Source: a virus (taxonomy: Duplodnaviria; Caudoviricetes). Taken from it: 28,657 bases of DNA. Location: IMG/VR virus record IMGVR_UViG_3300020045_004230, positions 1 to 28,657 of that record. One strand, 5' to 3'. The position numbers and the translations under genes were made by a program. The number at the start of each line of letters is the position of its first letter. Within the stretch, counting starts at the first letter, position 1. Of the stretch, positions 23,574 through 28,657 are shown one piece after another. Under the pieces are notes generated by a model that saw nothing but the letters and a program-made list of their open reading frames with translations, did not search any database and was not told where the DNA came from.

Positions 23574-24284
23574 ATGAACCTGCTCACGCTTGTACAAAAG
23601 TTTTGCCAACGGACTAACATCCCCGTACCGGTTACGGTTTATGGCTCGACTGATAGTCAAATCTTGCAAGCAATGGCTATTCTTGAAGAAGAAGTCAACG
23701 ACTTGGCAAGCCGCCACACATGGCAAGGATTACAGCGTGAAGCGACACACAACACTATTGCCAACGAAGATCAAGGCGACATTAACACGCTTGACCCTGG
23801 CTTTCGGTTCATTCGTAACAACACTATTTGGGATACGACTGACAGACTCCCGGTTCTCGGCCCGCTGGATGGGCAGCAATGGCAAGCATTAAAAGCCATT
23901 CTGTCTAGTGGCCCGCGTTATCAATTTAGGTTTCGTGGCGATCATCTTTTAGTAAACCCCGTACCCGTTGCCGGGCATGTTTGGAAATTCGAGTATGAAA
24001 CTAAATATGCAATATTGGCGGTCGATGGGGTTACAGTAAAAGAATTTTTTACCGCTGACACCGACACCTTTTTAATACCAGATAACCTGCTCTTAATGGG
24101 GCTTAGATGGCGCTGGATGCGTGAGAAGGGCTTAGATTATGGCGAGCTATTCAACACCTACGAACGGCAGGTAAAAGACGCGATGGGGCGCGATGGCGGC
24201 AAGCCAATATTGTTTATGGACAATGGAGGCCGCGAATTAAAGCCGGGAATTTTTATACCTAATGGCACATGGACAGTACCATGA
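23574..24284 (+). CDS. Head-tail adaptor / tail tubular protein A-like
   Basis: MNLLTLVQ..C, LL..GLRWRW...KGLDY; position before the large tail gene. Confidence 0.7.
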   Translation: MNLLTLVQKFCQRTNIPVPVTVYGSTDSQILQAMAILEEEVNDLASRHTWQGLQREATHNTIANEDQGDINTLDPGFRFIRNNTIWDTTDRLPVLGPLDGQQWQALKAILSSGPRYQFRFRGDHLLVNPVPVAGHVWKFEYETKYAILAVDGVTVKEFFTADTDTFLIPDNLLLMGLRWRWMREKGLDYGELFNTYERQVKDAMGRDGGKPILFMDNGGRELKPGIFIPNGTWTVP

Positions 24285-24291
24285 AAAGGAT

Positions 24292-24382
24292 GGCTGTCTT
24301 TCCAGCCTGTCAAACGCTTGAATCAATAGGATTCGATTATTACATAAGACGCGCGCGCGTTTATGTAAAGCCGCACAGCGTT
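24292..24382 (-). ncRNA. C4-like antisense small RNA (candidate)
   Basis: Three-way junction (aacgct/agcgtt; ttacataa/ttatgtaa; gaatc/gattc), then TGACA-GGCTG-GAAAGA-CAGCC; upstream TATAAT at 24401-24396. Confidence 0.6.
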
Positions 24383-24405
24383 AGCACCGATCTTTATTAT
24401 ATAAC

Positions 24406-25968
24406 ATGAGAAAGCCACTACGCAACAGAGCCAACGCAAAGCAGCAGATTAGCAACTTTATAAGCCAGCAGTCCCCCGTCGGCGGGTGGAATGCTGTTGA
24501 CGCTTTGGCTAACATGAAGCCGTCCGAAGCGGTTGTTTTAGACAACTGGTTCCCAAAGCCGGGTTATTGCGAGATACGTGGCGGCAGCTCAAGCCATGCT
24601 ACAGGAATGACAGGGATAGGAAAAACTCTTGCTACTTACAACGCTTTGAACGGCACAAATAAAATGTTTTGCTCGACTGAGAGCGGCGTTTATAACGTAA
24701 CGTCGCCCGGTGCTGTCGGCGTGTCAGTAGCAGCGCGGACTAATGGCAAACATCAGCACTTACAATTTGGCGATGGTACCAACAATTATTTAATCATGGT
24801 AAACGGTGTCGATAAGCCGCTTTATTATGACGGTACAAACTGGATAGCGGTTGACGGTGCGAGTAGTCCAGCGCTGACGGGCATAACAACAACAAACCTG
24901 ATTGGCGTGGCCATGTTTAAGGGCCGGTTGATGTTTATCGCTAAGAACAGCCTTTCATTTTGGTATCTGGCGGCGGGCGCAGCGGGCGGGGCATTGACCG
25001 AGTTCAACCTATCCGGCGTGGCTCAGATGGGCGGTTATCTGGTAGCGGCTGAAACGTGGACGGTGGACTCTGGCAGTGGCCCCGATGATAGGATGGTTTT
25101 TATTACGTCAAATGGTGAGGTGATCGTCTATCAAGGCACAAATCCATCAGCGGCGGCAACCTGGGCGCTGGTAGGTACGTATCATCTGGGTGAGCCGTTG
25201 GGTCGCCAATGCACGATAAAAATAGGCCCGGACATTGTTATTCTGTCTAAAAATGGCGCTTATCCATTATCGACCATTCTTAACGCTACAGGATTGGATT
25301 ACTCGAAAGCGGTAACCTACAAAATTCAGAACGCTTTTAATGAAGCAGCGCTAAATTATGGCAATAATTTTGGATGGAAAGCCATATCATATCCAGGCCA
25401 AAGCGCGGTATTAATTAATATCCCGGTGGCTGAAGATGGAACGCATTACCAGTATGTTTTAAACACTATTACGAACGCATGGTGCAGGTTTATTGGTTGG
25501 GACGCTGAGGATTTTGGTTTGCTAAATGGCGAACTGTACTACTGTCAAGGTTCAAAGGTTATTAAGGCATGGACAGGTGCAAGTGACCAAGGCGGCAATG
25601 TCGAGGCTTATGCAAAAACGGCCTTTTCATATTTCAGCAATCGAGGCCAGTTAAAAAACTTTAAAATGTTCCGGCCTGTTTTAGCAACTAACGGTTCGTT
25701 ATCGTTTTTGATTGATATTGATGTTGATTTTGAAGATTCAGAAATTTATGGCGTTGCATCTTATTCGGTCGCCACGTCTGGAACATGGGACGTGTCGGAA
25801 TGGGATAGCGCTTTTTGGGCGGCTGGATTGCAGATAACAAAATCCTGGAACAGTCCGGCAGCTTATCCAGGATACGCGACTGCTGGGAAAATAAAAATAG
25901 CAACACAGTCGTTGGAAGTGCAGTGGATGAGTTGCGATTACATGTATGAGTCCGGCAATGGCTTATAA
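24406..25968 (+). CDS. Tail tubular protein B / P22 gp10-like packaged-DNA stabilisation protein
   Basis: 520 aa, beta-rich; PVGGWNA.D...M....A..LDNWFP; NGVD.P..YDG..W. Confidence 0.8.
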   Translation: MRKPLRNRANAKQQISNFISQQSPVGGWNAVDALANMKPSEAVVLDNWFPKPGYCEIRGGSSSHATGMTGIGKTLATYNALNGTNKMFCSTESGVYNVTSPGAVGVSVAARTNGKHQHLQFGDGTNNYLIMVNGVDKPLYYDGTNWIAVDGASSPALTGITTTNLIGVAMFKGRLMFIAKNSLSFWYLAAGAAGGALTEFNLSGVAQMGGYLVAAETWTVDSGSGPDDRMVFITSNGEVIVYQGTNPSAAATWALVGTYHLGEPLGRQCTIKIGPDIVILSKNGAYPLSTILNATGLDYSKAVTYKIQNAFNEAALNYGNNFGWKAISYPGQSAVLINIPVAEDGTHYQYVLNTITNAWCRFIGWDAEDFGLLNGELYYCQGSKVIKAWTGASDQGGNVEAYAKTAFSYFSNRGQLKNFKMFRPVLATNGSLSFLIDIDVDFEDSEIYGVASYSVATSGTWDVSEWDSAFWAAGLQITKSWNSPAAYPGYATAGKIKIATQSLEVQWMSCDYMYESGNGL

Positions 25969-26383
25969 AATAATAGATAAAGATTATGAGCGCTGCAATC
26001 AATTTATGATTGAACATGCCGAATGGCATTGCTCCGACATGGTGGTTTTGATTGGCCTTGAGAAAAATAGCGAGATCATAGCGGTATCAGGTTATAACTG
26101 CTTTAACGGCAAGTCATGTCAGCAGCATATGATAATAAAAAAAGGCGAGTACATGCCGCGCAACTTTGCATGGTTCATTTATTATTATCCTTTTGTGCAG
26201 TTGGGTTTAACGCTGTTAATAGGCATCATTCCAGAGGATAATGCAGACATTATCAAATTAGCGAACCATGCAGGATTTGAAGAACAATATCGAATAGATG
26301 GCGGTCATCCATCGGGTGATTTGCTTTTATGCACAATGAAGAAAGAACAGTGCAAACCATTAAATTTTAAAATTAGAGGATAG
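25958..26383 (+). CDS. GNAT-fold-like tail-associated protein
   Basis: YPF.QLG...L...I..DN......A...GF motif; likely start ATG 25958. Confidence 0.65.
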   Translation: MAYKIIDKDYERCNQFMIEHAEWHCSDMVVLIGLEKNSEIIAVSGYNCFNGKSCQQHMIIKKGEYMPRNFAWFIYYYPFVQLGLTLLIGIIPEDNADIIKLANHAGFEEQYRIDGGHPSGDLLLCTMKKEQCKPLNFKIRG

Positions 26384-26387
26384 CAAT

Positions 26388-27227
26388 ATGGGCGGCTCAG
26401 ATGCACCAGCAACTCCCGATTACGTAGGCGCAGCACAGGCAACAGGAGAGAGTAACCTTGAGGCGGCTGTTGCGTCAGGGCATATTAACAACCCTAATGT
26501 CATCAATCCTTATGGTACTCAAAGTGTAACATGGAACGGTAACGACCCGACGCTTACCCAAACGCTATCTCCAGAGCAGCGGGATATTTACCTGAAAGGG
26601 GCGCAGACTAAATCAGCCATGCTTGATGCTGGGCTTGGGCTATCCGGGGCGCTAAAGAGCAACTTGAGCGGGAATATTGACTTTAGCGGGTTGCCCGGTG
26701 CGCCGGTATCGTCAGGTCAACGCAGGGATGACGCGCTTAACGCGATGATGGCGCGTGTTAATTCCGACACACAAGGCCAGCGAGACAGCAAAAATGCCGA
26801 GCTTATAGCAGCGGGCATTAGGCCAGGGACAGCGGCCTATTCGACGGCCATGACCCAAATTGATCGCGGATATAATGACGCTCGTAATCAAGCTATTTTG
26901 GCATCAGGTCAGGAGGCTACGCGAGACTTTGGTATGGACAGTCAGGCCAGACAGCAAGCTATTAGCGAGATGATGACCAGACGGCAAACACCGCTTAACG
27001 AGGCCAACGCCTTGCTAACCGGCGCACAGGTCAGTAACCCCTTTGCTGGCGGCCTAGGCTATCAGGCAGGGGCTAATGTCCAGGGTACAAACTACCTTCA
27101 AGCGGCTGGGTTACAGGGACAGGCGGCACAAAACAGCTACAACCAGCAGCAAGCCGGATACAACGCCAATATTGGCGCGGGAGCTGGCTTGATTGGTTCA
27201 TTGGGTTCAGCGGCTATTTCACGTTAA
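26388..27227 (+). CDS. Internal virion / DNA ejection protein
   Basis: AP.TPDY..AA, N...PYG, L...GI.PG..AY, Gly-rich hydrophobic C-terminus. Confidence 0.65.
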   Translation: MGGSDAPATPDYVGAAQATGESNLEAAVASGHINNPNVINPYGTQSVTWNGNDPTLTQTLSPEQRDIYLKGAQTKSAMLDAGLGLSGALKSNLSGNIDFSGLPGAPVSSGQRRDDALNAMMARVNSDTQGQRDSKNAELIAAGIRPGTAAYSTAMTQIDRGYNDARNQAILASGQEATRDFGMDSQARQQAISEMMTRRQTPLNEANALLTGAQVSNPFAGGLGYQAGANVQGTNYLQAAGLQGQAAQNSYNQQQAGYNANIGAGAGLIGSLGSAAISR

Positions 27228-27643
27228 TGAATAACCTAGCTATGGCTGGCAATATGCCACAAATATTAGAAATGGAAGCCTTTATGCGCGAATTGCCACA
27301 GGTTGAAATGCCGGTAAAGCATCATTTTATCGATGGCGTTTACATGCGCGAGCTGCATATCCCAGCCGGTACGCTATTAACGGGCAAAATCCACAACAAA
27401 GAGAACTTTTCCATTTTGGCATCAGGTACGCTCAGGATAACCAATGGCACCGACTCAATGATTATTTCAGCACCGCACGTTATGAGCGACAAACCGGGGA
27501 TTAAACGCATGGGTTACGCGGAAACTGACGTTGTATTTATCAACGTGATTAAAACCGATTTGACCGATATTGACGAGATAGAAAAAGAGTTGGTATCGGA
27601 AACTTTTGAGGAATTCGAAATGAAACGATTGGAGTTGGTGTAA
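27227..27643 (+). CDS. Cupin-fold phage protein
   Basis: HHF.DGVY.RE..IPAG....GKIH, PG.KR.GYA..D. Confidence 0.75.
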   Translation: MNNLAMAGNMPQILEMEAFMRELPQVEMPVKHHFIDGVYMRELHIPAGTLLTGKIHNKENFSILASGTLRITNGTDSMIISAPHVMSDKPGIKRMGYAETDVVFINVIKTDLTDIDEIEKELVSETFEEFEMKRLELV

Positions 27644-28611
27644 TGTCGTTTGCAGCGGTTGGTATAGCCGCGGCAGCAGTCGCGGAAGGGATAGCGGCGG
27701 CGGCAGCGGCGGCTAGTGCGGCAGCGGCTAGTGCAACGGCGGCAGTAGCAGGCGCGGCGGCTAGTGCGGCAACAGCGGCGGGAGCAAGCGCAGGCACGGC
27801 TGCAACGATTGGCTCAACCGTAGCAGGGGCAGCACAGGGCGCGGTAGCAGGTGCAGCAATCGGAGCGGGTACGTCGGCAGCCACCGGCGGCGATGTCGGC
27901 AAGGGTGCGCTTTACGGAGCGGCTGGTGGGGCATTGACCGGAGGCGCTAGTGGGGCAATGGCCGGCGCAGAAGGCGCAAGCGCCGGAACAGCAGCAGGCG
28001 AAGCAGTAAAAGCAGCGCCAGCGGCGGGTGATTCCGTGGCAGGAGAAGGAATTTATGGTAGCGTAGCAAAGGAGGGCGGCACCGCCAGCGCCAGGGCGGT
28101 TGGGGAGCAGGCGGTTAATCCAGCGTTTGAGTCAGCGACAGGGCAAGCGGCAACATCCGGGAATGGTGTAGGTTCGGCAGCTACGGGCGGCAATACGACA
28201 GGCTCGTTGATTGGCTCAAGTCCTGTAACCCCATCATTCACCAGCGCAACTGATGCAGGCGTAAACGGCGCAAGTTCGCCAGGTATGCTTGGCACAGCCG
28301 GAACCAATGCGGCAGACATATCAACCGGACAAGGGGCAATTAATCCAGGCTTTGCGTCAATGGGCGCGGTAGAGCAACCTAACCCGGTGATAGCGGCCGC
28401 TAAAGATATGTACCGGATTAATTCCAATTCCAACGACATAAGGCAGCTATCCGGCGATAGTCAAGCGCAGCAAGACCAAAACAACGCCATTGTGAACGCG
28501 CAGGCCGGTGAGTTAGCTCAAAACTCGCTGAATAATTTAGTACCGTACCAGGATGACCCGCGCAACAGAATATCGAGTCAATTATTTATGAACAACTGGA
28601 CTAAAATCTAA
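27643..28611 (+). CDS. Ala/Gly-rich internal virion / DNA pilot-like protein
   Basis: Poly-Ala N-terminus and glycine-zipper GA..GA..G repeats; TAATG coupling at both ends. Confidence 0.65.
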   Translation: MSFAAVGIAAAAVAEGIAAAAAAASAAAASATAAVAGAAASAATAAGASAGTAATIGSTVAGAAQGAVAGAAIGAGTSAATGGDVGKGALYGAAGGALTGGASGAMAGAEGASAGTAAGEAVKAAPAAGDSVAGEGIYGSVAKEGGTASARAVGEQAVNPAFESATGQAATSGNGVGSAATGGNTTGSLIGSSPVTPSFTSATDAGVNGASSPGMLGTAGTNAADISTGQGAINPGFASMGAVEQPNPVIAAAKDMYRINSNSNDIRQLSGDSQAQQDQNNAIVNAQAGELAQNSLNNLVPYQDDPRNRISSQLFMNNWTKI

Positions 28612-28657
28612 TGGCCGAAACCACACTAGACGAAGAAACAAGGGCTATTGCTCGTCG
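28611..28657 (+). CDS. Start of next gene (truncated by window edge)
   Basis: TAATG overlap; MAETTLDEETRAIAR... Confidence 0.55.
   Translation, partial: MAETTLDEETRAIAR

Noticed and set aside
24340-24368. Near-perfect palindrome with (CG)5 considered as a protelomerase site or Z-DNA element
   Set aside because: Short, with no protelomerase gene in the window; better explained as one arm of the C4-like RNA.
1-28657. Stop-codon reassignment, introns/inteins, DGR, tRNA genes
   Set aside because: Genes are intact and tightly packed in the standard code and use all three stops. No reverse transcriptase, intein motifs or tRNA signatures were seen.

Overview
The window is a 28.7-kb internal segment of a tailed dsDNA phage, most likely a short-tailed podovirus type. 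No integrase, CI repressor, tRNA, CRISPR array or host gene is visible. The left arm (minus strand, 1-7969) is an early recombination/replication operon: Sak4-like AAA ATPase, SSB-like protein, Gp157-like protein, SF2 helicase, VRR-NUC nuclease and small ORFs. A divergent promoter region leads to a Cro-like gene, a RepB-type primase/PriCT-2/AAA_25 fusion and an iteron- and IHF-site-containing origin candidate. The late arm follows: terminases, portal, fibre/decoration genes, scaffold, major capsid, an inserted HNH-type endonuclease, tail tubular proteins and ejection proteins. The most notable non-coding signal is a candidate RNA regulatory network. Two paralogous leaders (3262-3393 minus, 10954-11102 plus) each have a promoter, a first hairpin and a terminator hairpin, and the two loops are complementary (kissing-loop attenuators). 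A C4-like small RNA lies antisense in the tail operon (24292-24382) and its unpaired segments match those loops. Also notable are an antisense acidic-protein plus Zn-finger cassette with a palindromic operator (acr-aca-like layout) and several unlisted micro-ORFs. All protein family calls come from motif recognition by eye, not database searches.
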